Source: Patescibacteria group bacterium
GTDB taxonomy: Bacteria > Patescibacteriota > Microgenomatia > Levybacterales > UBA12049
DNA: 64,000 nucleotides
Direction of reading: 5' to 3'
Assembly: GCA_038063415.1 (NCBI GenBank)
Contig: JBBTVD010000006.1
Coordinates: 137,948 to 201,947 of the forward strand
Positions 18,033 through 26,826 of this stretch are shown in pieces (the first letter of the stretch is position 1; each line of letters opens with the position of its first letter). Below the pieces are notes generated by a model. That model searched no databases. It saw only the letters and a program-made list of their open reading frames with translations, and was not told the origin of the DNA. The translations under genes were made by a program, and so were the position numbers.

Positions 18033-19259
18033 TTAGTTATACCAACCGTACTGAAAGATTTGCCCGGTGGAGTAATATTGGTTAAACGAAAGATCAGTAC
18101 CATTCCATGGGTCGTTCATTACATAGCTCCCTCCAGAGCCACTCTTAAGAACGATAAAGTGGGTTCCAAAGGGACCTGCTTTCACCCCTACAATCACTGG
18201 TTCTCCACCCGAAAGCTTGTCATCAATTGCACTTTGGCTAAAGCCCCAGGATGATGAAATTTTGCCACCTGCCCACGGGATTAACATATAAGCAGTATTG
18301 GAGAAGAAGTAGCCACCATTGCTGGTAATATCAGCTGGCGTTACACCTTGACCATGTTTCTTCATAACCATCGCGATTGAGGTAGCAAGACAACCAACTT
18401 CCCATACCTTTTCGCCAGATGAACCCATATTGCCATTCCCCCATCGTTCATCTCGTTGGTTGTAATACCAACCATCTGGACTTGCCTGCGCAGGAAGGAT
18501 TGAAGCACCTGATCCTACACGAGATGTGGCAAACGATTTAAATGAGTTAATCTGTGCTCGCGCTTCTGAAAGCATCCGTTGGTATCTCGCCTCATCGTTT
18601 TTGGTCACAGAGAGTAACTCCTGTTTGGTTGCTTTGTCTTTATCAAGTTGTGCGGTATATCCCTGAAGCTCAGTCTTGAGATCTTCCACTTTTTTCTTCT
18701 TACCTTCTAGCAGTGATTTTTGATTGGCATAATCATTGCGTGCTTGTTGCGTATTATAGAGAAGTTCCTTATCATGAGCTTGCACAATACGAAGATAATT
18801 TGCTTTGGTAATTAAATCTTCTGCATCTCCTGAAGCAAGCAGCATCTGCATTGGACCACCACCGCCATTTTGGTAGGTAGCAACAATCCTATTGAGTAAA
18901 GTCTCAGATACCTTTTCAAGAGAGTCTTCCAGATTTTCCATACGCTTCCCGGCAGAATCAATATCAAGCGTTAGATCCATAATCTGTTGTTCATTGGACT
19001 GTATTTTATATTCGGTCAGTTTAATTTGATTATCCATGGCGTCTATCTGAGAAGAAAGCGAGTTGCCTTGAGAACGCAGGTCAGAGACTTTTCCTTCCAG
19101 TTCCACAATACGATCATTGAGTTCTTTAATTCTTGAGGAATTATCTGTCGTTGCAGGTGTAGTACTTGGAGTTTGTGCGTGAACCGTACCCTGCCACACA
19201 AATGATACGCTGAGTAACAAAAGAAAAATACTTGTAAAGAGAATGTTGTTCTTAGACAT
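18033..19259 (-). CDS. PcsB/CwlO-type coiled-coil protein with C-terminal C39-like peptidase
   Basis: Signal peptide, long coiled coil (RIVATYQNG...LLASGD..DLI.KANYL), YYNQRDERWG...GCLATSIAM, HFIVL, NDPW; directly downstream of ftsX. Confidence 0.85.
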   Translation of the reverse strand: MSKNNILFTSIFLLLLSVSFVWQGTVHAQTPSTTPATTDNSSRIKELNDRIVELEGKVSDLRSQGNSLSSQIDAMDNQIKLTEYKIQSNEQQIMDLTLDIDSAGKRMENLEDSLEKVSETLLNRIVATYQNGGGGPMQMLLASGDAEDLITKANYLRIVQAHDKELLYNTQQARNDYANQKSLLEGKKKKVEDLKTELQGYTAQLDKDKATKQELLSVTKNDEARYQRMLSEARAQINSFKSFATSRVGSGASILPAQASPDGWYYNQRDERWGNGNMGSSGEKVWEVGCLATSIAMVMKKHGQGVTPADITSNGGYFFSNTAYMLIPWAGGKISSSWGFSQSAIDDKLSGGEPVIVGVKAGPFGTHFIVLKSGSGGSYVMNDPWNGTDLSFNQYYSTGQIFQYGWYN

Positions 19260-19289
19260 AGATAGGTAAAGCACTGGGATTAGCCCATT

Positions 19290-20156
19290 TTACTTCAAAT
19301 AGCGGAGAACTGCAAGTGAGCTGGCAATGATACCCAAGACAACCGCAATCAGAAGTTCAATTCCGAGCAAGATAAAGAGGAATAAAGGCGATGCGGGAAG
19401 TACTGGTACGCCTTGAAGGAAGGTCTCAAGATATGGAGTCGCGTACAAAAGTCCTGCGGAAGCAAACAGCCAGCCAAAGACAGTCCCAACAACGCCATAG
19501 AAGATCCCTTCAATGACAAAAGGCCAACGGATATACCAATTGGTAGCGCTGAGTAGCTTCATAATCTCAATCTCATCTTTCTTTTGGGCAACCTTAAATC
19601 CAATGACCGTCATCATGATAAAGATAGAAACGAGTGCAAGGGTAGCAATAAGCGTAACACCAATAATACGAATAGCATTCGTCCAAGCCGTTAAGGTTGA
19701 AACGATATCTTTTTGATAGACTACTTCTGAAATTGACGGATTCTGCTTGAGGGTCTCTGAAATTTCATCCAAATCATCAAGTTGTGTGGTCGAAATTTCA
19801 ATCGAAGCTGGTAAGATATCTTCGGTTACTAAATCCAAAAGCAATGGATCTTCTTTATTTTGTTCTTTATAAATTTCAAGTGCTTCTTCTTTGGAAACAT
19901 ATTTCATCGTGGCAACTTTACCAGTTTGATCAAGTGAACTACGAAGCGTATCGACATCTACTTGGGTTGCTTCATCTTTAAAGAAAGCAGTTACCTGAGG
20001 TTTTGATTCAAAGTAACTAATGATCATGGAAGACCCGACAACAATAAAAGCAAAGACTGAAATAGAGAGAAAGGTCAACAGCATAATAAAAATAGCAGCT
20101 ATTGCCTGATAGGGACTTCTTCTGATATGTTTCCAACTGGTTTTTGCGTGTCGCAT
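19290..20156 (-). CDS. ftsX: Cell division permease FtsX
   Basis: YVSKEEAL, LPASIEI, EIEIMKLL.AT.WYIRWPFVIEG. Confidence 0.93.
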   Translation of the reverse strand: MRHAKTSWKHIRRSPYQAIAAIFIMLLTFLSISVFAFIVVGSSMIISYFESKPQVTAFFKDEATQVDVDTLRSSLDQTGKVATMKYVSKEEALEIYKEQNKEDPLLLDLVTEDILPASIEISTTQLDDLDEISETLKQNPSISEVVYQKDIVSTLTAWTNAIRIIGVTLIATLALVSIFIMMTVIGFKVAQKKDEIEIMKLLSATNWYIRWPFVIEGIFYGVVGTVFGWLFASAGLLYATPYLETFLQGVPVLPASPLFLFILLGIELLIAVVLGIIASSLAVLRYLK

Positions 20157-20157
20157 A

Positions 20158-20835
20158 TTATCCTTTCTTTTCTCTTTTATCGTCTCGTGTTAAGACGCCT
20201 TTTTCAAGTACCAATACTCGCTTCATCAGACTGTTTACAATATCAGCGTTGTGTGTAGCCATGATAATTGTGGTCCCTGCAGCGTTGATATCCTGTAGCA
20301 GCTTTACAATTTCCCATGATGTTGCATTATCAAGATTGCCGGTTGGCTCGTCAGCAAGTAAGATTTCTGGCGAGAAGGCAAGCGCGCGGGCTATGGCTGC
20401 TCGCTGTAGTTCACCTCCAGAGAGCTGTACGGGAAATTTGTCACTGTGTTCGGATATCCCTACCTGAGCAAGAATCTCATCAACTCGTCTCCGAGCAGCA
20501 TTGTCTTCCATATCTGCTACCTCCAAAGGAAAAAGAACATTTTCAAAAATTGTTCGATCACGAAGTAACTTGAGATCTTGAAAGACTACGCCAACACGCT
20601 TACGGAGATGAGGAATTTTCTTCCGTGAAAGCTTCACCAGATCCCAATCGCCAATCATAACTGAACCAGTCGAGGGAACCATATCCCGGATAAGGAGACG
20701 GAAAAGCGTTGTCTTACCGGAACCAGAAGGCCCTACGAGAAAAACGAATTCACCAGGCTCAATAGCAAAGGAAACATCTTCCAAAGCAGTATTGCCGGTA
20801 GGATATTTTTTGGTTACATTTTCAAATTTAATCAT
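20158..20835 (-). CDS. ftsE: Cell division ATP-binding protein FtsE
   Basis: GPSGSGKTT, VVFQDLKLL, LSGGE, ADEPTGNLD; start reassigned to 20835 (MIKFENV). Confidence 0.93.
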   Translation of the reverse strand: MIKFENVTKKYPTGNTALEDVSFAIEPGEFVFLVGPSGSGKTTLFRLLIRDMVPSTGSVMIGDWDLVKLSRKKIPHLRKRVGVVFQDLKLLRDRTIFENVLFPLEVADMEDNAARRRVDEILAQVGISEHSDKFPVQLSGGELQRAAIARALAFSPEILLADEPTGNLDNATSWEIVKLLQDINAAGTTIIMATHNADIVNSLMKRVLVLEKGVLTRDDKREKKG

Positions 20836-20837
20836 AC

Positions 20838-21299
20838 TTACTCCACTACTTCTACTTTGCCTACATCCATAAGCCAACCAGCTTTTTGCGCTTGCTGTGT
20901 CTCGCCCCACACTTTGATCTTTCTTCCAACGAACAACGATAGGTCAATGACCGAGGAGGTCAGATAGACATTTTGACTTTCTCCGCCTTTGCGTACGAGA
21001 TGATATTGTCCTTCTCCCTCAATACCACCTTCTTGCAAATCTCCCTCAGCCGTGTCGGTAAACGTTGCCCGATCATCTGAGCCATATGTTTGTCCGACAG
21101 CAACCTCTTGCTTGGTTACAGGAGCCTTCTGAACTCCTCCACCAGGCTCTGACATGACGGTAACAAGTGCCCATCCAGAACCGATACCAAGAACTGCCGA
21201 AAGAGCAAGTACTGTCAGAGCCTTTCCGACAGAAACACCTTCTTTTTGTTCTGCAAAGCTATGCATTACCGGCGCTGGTGTTCTTTCTTGCTGTTCCAT
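20838..21299 (-). CDS. Hypothetical membrane-anchored protein
   Basis: One TM followed by GGIEGEGQYHLVR...VYLTSSVIDL...AGWLMDVG. Confidence 0.7.
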   Translation of the reverse strand: MEQQERTPAPVMHSFAEQKEGVSVGKALTVLALSAVLGIGSGWALVTVMSEPGGGVQKAPVTKQEVAVGQTYGSDDRATFTDTAEGDLQEGGIEGEGQYHLVRKGGESQNVYLTSSVIDLSLFVGRKIKVWGETQQAQKAGWLMDVGKVEVVE

Positions 21300-21369
21300 G
21301 TGTCATTTCAGTAAGTTATCCCTATGCTTAGTAAAACACATTTTCTTTTTTTTGGCAACCCGACACCTA

Positions 21370-21398
21370 TTGACAGAGGCATGTTCTTCATATAGAGT
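21370..21398 (+). promoter_or_regulatory. sigma70 promoter of the folate operon (probably leaderless)
   Basis: TTGACA-17 nt-TAGAGT, ending 6 nt before the folP ATG. Confidence 0.55.
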
Positions 21399-21404
21399 GA
21401 CTGC

Positions 21405-22250
21405 ATGAATCTCCCAACACTTCTCAGACAAAAACGTACCATTATTATGGGTATTATAAATAGTACCCCTGATTCATTCTCGGATGGTGGAGACTACTAT
21501 AATAATACAGACAAAACACTTAATCGAATCAAAAACATGCTTACACAAGGAGCAGATATTATTGATATTGGGGGCGAATCAACCAGACCAGGCTCTGAAC
21601 TCATCAATAGCGACGAAGAATTACGAAGAGTGCTTCCCCTTATTACCGCTATGAGACAAGCTTTAGGAGAAGAAATTATTATTAGTATTGATACCTGGAA
21701 ACATACCGTGGCACAGGAAGCACTCAGAGCTGGAGCAACGATGATTAATAGTCTGGGTGGATTGCAACTCGATCATAAGCTGGCAGATGTGGTAGCCCAC
21801 TATCACTGCCCTATCGTCATCTATCATATTAAAGGTGAACCCAAAACCATGCAGCAAGGGGAAATAACCTATACTGACGTCATGCAAGCAATTGCAGACT
21901 TTTTTACTGAGCAATTAAGGCTAGGAGAAAAAGCAGGTATCACAAGAAAGAATTTTATTCTTGATCCTGGTATTGGATTTGGCAAGACAGTTGAACAGAA
22001 TCTCGAAGTTATCAAACGATTAAAAGAATTACAGCAGTTTGATCTGCCGGTACTTATTGGTGTTTCACGAAAGAGTCATCTGGCAATGATTTTGCAAGAA
22101 GAGCTTGGAGAAGAAATTCTTCCAAAGGACAGACTTGAAGCATCACTTGCTGAGACTGCTATTGCGATCCAGAACGGAGCACAGATCGTCAGAACACATG
22201 ACGTCTGGGAAACCAAAAAGTTTGTAACAGTCCTTGAGAAATTTTTATAA
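21405..22250 (+). CDS. folP: Dihydropteroate synthase
   Basis: IMGIINSTPDSFSDGG, IGGESTRPG, SIDT, DPGIGFGK, SRKS, RTHDV. Confidence 0.96.
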   Translation: MNLPTLLRQKRTIIMGIINSTPDSFSDGGDYYNNTDKTLNRIKNMLTQGADIIDIGGESTRPGSELINSDEELRRVLPLITAMRQALGEEIIISIDTWKHTVAQEALRAGATMINSLGGLQLDHKLADVVAHYHCPIVIYHIKGEPKTMQQGEITYTDVMQAIADFFTEQLRLGEKAGITRKNFILDPGIGFGKTVEQNLEVIKRLKELQQFDLPVLIGVSRKSHLAMILQEELGEEILPKDRLEASLAETAIAIQNGAQIVRTHDVWETKKFVTVLEKFL

Positions 22251-22252
22251 TT

Positions 22253-22606
22253 ATGGATACTCTTTTTATCAACGATATTACGCTTCCTTGTACCATCGGT
22301 GTTACGGAGTTGGAAAGAAAAGAGAAACAAACCCTTATTATTACTGTGGCACTTTCCGTTGACCTACAAAAGGCAGGAGAAACAGATAATGTAAACGATA
22401 CGGTAAATTATAGTACTCTTTATCAACACATCGTTAAAGTCACAACAGGCTCAAAATTTTTCCTTATGGAGGCTCTCGCTCAACAAATTGCAACCGTTTG
22501 TCTTGAGGATAAACGAGTAAAACAAGCAAAAATTCGTATTGAAAAACCGAAGACGGTACGACTGGCCCGTTCTGCTGCCGTAGAAATAATAAGAACCAAT
22601 GAGTAA
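22253..22606 (+). CDS. folB: Dihydroneopterin aldolase
   Basis: IGV..LER..KQ, DTVNY, LMEALA, IEKP. Confidence 0.93.
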   Translation: MDTLFINDITLPCTIGVTELERKEKQTLIITVALSVDLQKAGETDNVNDTVNYSTLYQHIVKVTTGSKFFLMEALAQQIATVCLEDKRVKQAKIRIEKPKTVRLARSAAVEIIRTNE

Positions 22607-23162
22607 TAAAAAAATTGAATTACTAATCACACAACTATTGCAAGAATTGGGAGAAGACCCCTCTCGTGAGGGACTTAAAAAAACACCCAGAAGAGTGAGT
22701 CACATGTTTACCGATCTGACCAAAGGATACACTACTACTCGGGCAACAACCATCAATAAAGCACTTTTTACTGAACAAGTGCACAATATGATTATCCTTC
22801 GAGATATCGAGCTCTATAGTCTGTGCGAACATCACCTCTTACCTTTTTTTGGCAAGTGTCATATCGGCTACATTACCAAAGGCAAAGTAATTGGCGTCAG
22901 TAAAATTGCCAGAATTGTCGATCGATTCGCAAGGCGACTACAAATCCAGGAACGATTAACACAAGAAATAGCCAACGAGCTACAAGAAGTATTACAACCT
23001 TTGGGAGTTGGTGTAGTTATTGAAGCACAGCATCTTTGCATGATGATGCGAGGTGTAGAAAAGCAAAACTCCGTTATGGTGACAGCAGCAGTCCTTGGCA
23101 ATTTCCGAAGCGAACTGGCTACCAGACAAGAATTTATGACGATTATTCACAAAAATATATGA
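22599..23162 (+). CDS. folE: GTP cyclohydrolase I
   Basis: [38 protein letters not shown]. Confidence 0.96.
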   Translation: MSNKKIELLITQLLQELGEDPSREGLKKTPRRVSHMFTDLTKGYTTTRATTINKALFTEQVHNMIILRDIELYSLCEHHLLPFFGKCHIGYITKGKVIGVSKIARIVDRFARRLQIQERLTQEIANELQEVLQPLGVGVVIEAQHLCMMMRGVEKQNSVMVTAAVLGNFRSELATRQEFMTIIHKNI

Positions 23163-23860
23163 AGATTCCAGGCGTTTTTACGACAATTAAGATTACTCAT
23201 GGACAACCGATCTTTCTTGAGAAACATCAAGCAAGACTTATCGCTCATGCCAAACAAGCAGGTTTCCAAATCCATACGACTGCTATAACACAAAAAATAG
23301 TAACATGGTTGCAAGATCATCCGCTAAAAGATTGTGTACTCAAAATAAGTATTTTAGGAGAGTATAAGGAACCAGAAATTCTTTTTGCTACCCGAGAGTT
23401 ACCACAAACCTCAGGTTCAATTCGCCTCATTAGTGTTCCTGATAATCGCGATGTGTCAAAAGTTATCAAAAGTATTGATCGGACAATGTATGAGCAAGCA
23501 AAGCAAATGGCGCAAGCAAAAGGAGCTGATGATGCGATCTTTGAAGAAGATGGATACCTGATCGAATCAACGATCTGTAATCTTTTTTCTCTCAATAAGA
23601 AAGGTGAAATTATTACTCCACCAATTGCTGGTAAAGGGTTAGCAGGAGTTATGCGGGCAAGCATTATGGAAAATTTTCCGGTTCGTGAAGAACCTATCCC
23701 AAAGACAACAAACGGACCATTGGTTTTGACAAATAGTTTACGGGTACAAAAAGCAAGTTCGCTTGATGGAAGAATACTCGCTGACGGAGAAGTATTGTTA
23801 GAAAAACTAAAAATAACAATAAATAAAGCCGAATTTAAATATCTGTCATCCCGTACTTGA
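23159..23860 (+). CDS. pabC: 4-amino-4-deoxychorismate lyase (class IV PLP enzyme)
   Basis: GVFTTI, HQARL, K in [28 protein letters not shown]; start reassigned to 23159 (overlaps folE stop). Confidence 0.8.
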   Translation: MKIPGVFTTIKITHGQPIFLEKHQARLIAHAKQAGFQIHTTAITQKIVTWLQDHPLKDCVLKISILGEYKEPEILFATRELPQTSGSIRLISVPDNRDVSKVIKSIDRTMYEQAKQMAQAKGADDAIFEEDGYLIESTICNLFSLNKKGEIITPPIAGKGLAGVMRASIMENFPVREEPIPKTTNGPLVLTNSLRVQKASSLDGRILADGEVLLEKLKITINKAEFKYLSSRT

Positions 23861-23940
23861 TACGGAATCCATGGATTCCCGCTTTTGCTGGAATGACAAT
23901 TCTAAGTTTTTTATTCGTCATTCTGGCTTGTCCAGAATCT
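23844..23940. repeat. GTCAT...ATGAC palindromic element copy 3 plus half element
   Basis: TGTCATCCCGTACTTGATACGGAATCC-AT-GGATTCCCGCTTTTGCTGGAATGACA (23844-23898, contains the pabC stop); CGTCATTCTGGCTTGTCCAGAATCT (23916-23940). Confidence 0.85.
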
Positions 23941-23950
23941 TTTATTTAAA

Positions 23951-25375
23951 ATGCACAATAAAAAATTACCAATCTGGGTCGATCCCAAAGCAGTCTTTAC
24001 TGATCTTTTTGCCGCGGCTCCGGCAGCCTTTTGGCTTGATACAAGTCTGCCCAACGATGAAAAGAGATTCTCCTATATGGGCCTACCCAAAGAAATTATC
24101 TCCTACGACCTTCAAACTAATACAATAACCATACAGAAAGATTCTCACATCACAAAAATAACCCAAGATATCTTTACTTATCTCAATAGGAAGCTACAAC
24201 AACAGGCTTTTGAAGACAAAACACTTCCTTTTCCCTTTATCGGAGGATACGTCGGTTACTTCGGTTATGAATTAAAAGCACTCTGCGGAGTGAAAAACAC
24301 CTACCAGTCTCCTTATCCTGATAGTGTATGGTTCAAGGTTGAGCAATATATTGTCTTTGACCATCAAGAAAAAGAGGTTTACCTTGCTTGTCTAACAAAA
24401 AAAAAGCAACTTGCAGACAAATGGTTCCAGGACATACAAAAAAATTTATTGTCATCCCGAGTACCCCATAGAAAGTCGAGGAATCTCACACCGCAGAGAA
24501 ACTTGTTTGCAACAGACCCCTCCACTCGTTCCTCGGTCGGGATGACATTTTCCCGTGAACAACAACAATATCTTAAGGACATACAAACAGCTAAAAAATA
24601 TCTTAACAAAGGAGAAAGCTATCAAATTTGTCTTACCAATACCCTTACCAAAAAAGTAACAATTGACCCCCTTCTTCTTTATCAAACGCTGAGAAAAAGT
24701 AACCCTGCTCCGTATGCTGCGTATCTTCGCTATAATGATCTCACCGTTCTCTGCTCTTCTCCCGAACAGTTTCTCAAAATTGATGCAGGTGGAACAGTCA
24801 CAACCAAACCAATCAAAGGAACAATAGCTCGTGGTAATACCTTGCAAGAAGATATCTTGCTTAAAAAACAACTCGCAGAAAGCAAAAAGGACTGGTCAGA
24901 GAACGCTATGATTATTGACTTACTACGAAATGATCTGGGGAAAGTATGTACGTTCGGTTCGGTAAAAGTAACAAAACCAATGGCAATAGAGACGTATCAA
25001 ACAGTACATCAACTTGTTTCAACGGTACAGGGCAAATTACATAAGGATACTTCAGTTATTGATTGCATCAAAGCCTGCTTTCCCGGCGGATCAATGACCG
25101 GAGCGCCAAAAACACGAACAATGGAAATTATTGAAAAATTAGAAAAGCAAGCACGAGGCATCTATTCTGGAGCACTTGGATTTCTTAGCTACAATAAAAC
25201 AGCGTCACTGAACATCGTTATCAGGACGATGGTCATGCAAAAAGATGCGGTAAGTATTGGCGCTGGTGGAGCCATTTTGATTGATTCAGATCCAGAGAAA
25301 GAATATGAAGAAATGCTACTCAAAACAACAGCTTTACAAAACGCGATTCAAAATTCTTTAGAGAGTGAGGAATAA
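23951..25375 (+). CDS. pabB: Aminodeoxychorismate synthase component I
   Basis: FIGGYVGYFGYE, GESYQICLT, SSPEQF, KPIKGT, ENAMIIDLLRNDLG, FPGGSMTGAPK, LNIVIRT, GAGGAI. Confidence 0.93.
   Translation: MHNKKLPIWVDPKAVFTDLFAAAPAAFWLDTSLPNDEKRFSYMGLPKEIISYDLQTNTITIQKDSHITKITQDIFTYLNRKLQQQAFEDKTLPFPFIGGYVGYFGYELKALCGVKNTYQSPYPDSVWFKVEQYIVFDHQEKEVYLACLTKKKQLADKWFQDIQKNLLSSRVPHRKSRNLTPQRNLFATDPSTRSSVGMTFSREQQQYLKDIQTAKKYLNKGESYQICLTNTLTKKVTIDPLLLYQTLRKSNPAPYAAYLRYNDLTVLCSSPEQFLKIDAGGTVTTKPIKGTIARGNTLQEDILLKKQLAESKKDWSENAMIIDLLRNDLGKVCTFGSVKVTKPMAIETYQTVHQLVSTVQGKLHKDTSVIDCIKACFPGGSMTGAPKTRTMEIIEKLEKQARGIYSGALGFLSYNKTASLNIVIRTMVMQKDAVSIGAGGAILIDSDPEKEYEEMLLKTTALQNAIQNSLESEE
24450..24547. repeat. GTCAT...ATGAC palindromic element copy 4, in frame within pabB
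   Basis: TGTCATCCCGA...TCGGGATGACA perfect 11-bp terminal inverted repeats; the GTCAT-to-ATGAC core is 96 bp (32 codons). Confidence 0.85.
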
Positions 25376-25469
25376 ATTTTTTCGCAGTGATCAATAGTGA
25401 AAAAATGATTCGGTAAAGATCTATAAAAGTTACTGCACGTGGAGCACAAGAAAAAATTTCATTCCGAAC
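25365..25469. repeat. Second-family ~105-bp palindromic element, copy A
   Basis: GTGAGGAATAAATTTTTTCGCAGTGATCAATAG...CGTGGAGCACAAGAAAAAATTTCATTCCGAAC; imperfect TIRs; contains the pabB stop. Confidence 0.8.
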
Positions 25470-25514
25470 GACAACGCTAATGACAAAAAGCATCTAAGTC
25501 CCTATAATACCACC

Positions 25515-25979
25515 ATGCACACAATCTATCTCGCTCTTGGATCCAATGTCGGAAAAAAAGCAACATTTCTTACCCAAGCAATTGACAAGCTAAAAAAACA
25601 ACTGCAAAACGTGACGCTAGCAGATTTCTATACAACCCAACCAATGTATGTGGAAGATCAAGAAGAATTTTTAAATACAGTGATGCGGGCGGAGACATCT
25701 CTCTCTCCTGAATCACTCCTTACCTTTGTTAAAGGTCTGGAAAAAGAAATCGGAAGAAAAGAACGATTTCGGAATGGTCCCCGTGAGATTGACATCGACA
25801 TTCTTTTTTATAATGATGTGATTATGCACACAAACTTATTGCAAATTCCTCACCCTCGGATACAGGAACGAAACTTTGTTCTTCGACCTTTTATGGATAT
25901 TGCTCCAGAGTTTATGCATCCAGTGCTAAAAAAAACAATAAAAGAGATTTACAAAAAATTAAATATGCGTGAGGAATAA
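25515..25979 (+). CDS. folK: 2-amino-4-hydroxy-6-hydroxymethyldihydropteridine diphosphokinase
   Basis: YLALGSNVG, FLNTV, GPREIDIDIL, IPHPRIQERNFVL. Confidence 0.96.
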   Translation: MHTIYLALGSNVGKKATFLTQAIDKLKKQLQNVTLADFYTTQPMYVEDQEEFLNTVMRAETSLSPESLLTFVKGLEKEIGRKERFRNGPREIDIDILFYNDVIMHTNLLQIPHPRIQERNFVLRPFMDIAPEFMHPVLKKTIKEIYKKLNMREE

Positions 25980-26069
25980 ATTTTTCGCAATGATCAATAG
26001 CGAAAAGAATGGTAGTATGAGTAGTAAAGCATCTACGCGTGGATCATAAGAAAAAATTTCATTCCGAAC
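25969..26069. repeat. Second-family palindromic element, copy B
   Basis: GTGAGGAATAAATTTTTCGCAATGATCAATAG...CGTGGATCATAAGAAAAAATTTCATTCCGAAC; contains the folK stop. Confidence 0.8.
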
Positions 26070-26084
26070 AGAATCCTAACGACG

Positions 26085-26825
26085 ATGATTGTAAAACCAT
26101 ACAAAACACATAAAATAACACCAAACGAAAATTTGTTTGAGATTCTCGATCGCTATTTGCCAAAAATTGAGGAAGGCAGTATCGTCGCAATTGCCTCAAA
26201 AATTGTCGGTATTTGTGAAGGGAGAGTGAGCAAAAAAGAATCACAAGAACAAAAGGACGAATTTATCAAACAAGAAGCGGAGTACTACTTACCAGAAAAA
26301 CATATGGAACTCCTACTGACGATTAATCACAATACCCTCGTCGTAAATGCAGGTATCGACGAATCAAATAGCAATGGCTTGCTTTCTCTCTGGCCTAACG
26401 ATCCACAACAAAGTGCCAACGTTATTCGCGAATATCTTAGCAAAAAATATAACATACAACGGATTGGCGTTATCCTAACTGACAGCAAAATAACACCACT
26501 TCGTTGGGGAGTTACCGGCTACATGCTAACACATAGTGGCTTTTTAGCATTAAAAAATTATATTGGCAAACAAGATATCTTTGGACAAACTATGCACGTC
26601 GAGCAAGCAAGCATTGCCGATTCTTTGGCAACGGCTGCAGTAGCTGTTACCGGTGAAGGTGATGAACAACAACCATTGGCAGTAATAACTGATGTTCCTT
26701 TTGTGGAGTTCCAACAACGAAATCCTACACACGAAGAATTGGAAGCACTCAAGATAACTCTTGAAGATGATGTCTATGCACCACTCCTCAAAGCAGTCAT
26801 CTGGCAAAAAGGGAAACAAAAATAG
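26085..26825 (+). CDS. CofE-like gamma-glutamate ligase (putative alternative folylpolyglutamate synthase, FolC2-type)
   Basis: ASKIVGICEGR, NAGIDESN, LWPNDP..SA, GVILTDS..TPLRWG, D.FG, ADSLA.AA..VTGEGDE.QP; last gene of the folate operon. Confidence 0.85.
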   Translation: MIVKPYKTHKITPNENLFEILDRYLPKIEEGSIVAIASKIVGICEGRVSKKESQEQKDEFIKQEAEYYLPEKHMELLLTINHNTLVVNAGIDESNSNGLLSLWPNDPQQSANVIREYLSKKYNIQRIGVILTDSKITPLRWGVTGYMLTHSGFLALKNYIGKQDIFGQTMHVEQASIADSLATAAVAVTGEGDEQQPLAVITDVPFVEFQQRNPTHEELEALKITLEDDVYAPLLKAVIWQKGKQK

Positions 26826-26826
26826 G

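Noticed and set aside
21300-21404. THF or other riboswitch before the folate operon
   Set aside because: The region is short, the promoter abuts the start codon, and no recognisable aptamer is present.
23871-24128. 85-aa ORF starting MDSRFCWND
   Set aside because: It begins inside the palindromic repeat and overlaps pabB out of frame; a repeat-derived spurious ORF.
25365-26069. CRISPR array or integron attC cassettes
   Set aside because: Only two long copies 600 bp apart, no regular repeat-spacer period, and no cas or integron integrase gene in the window.
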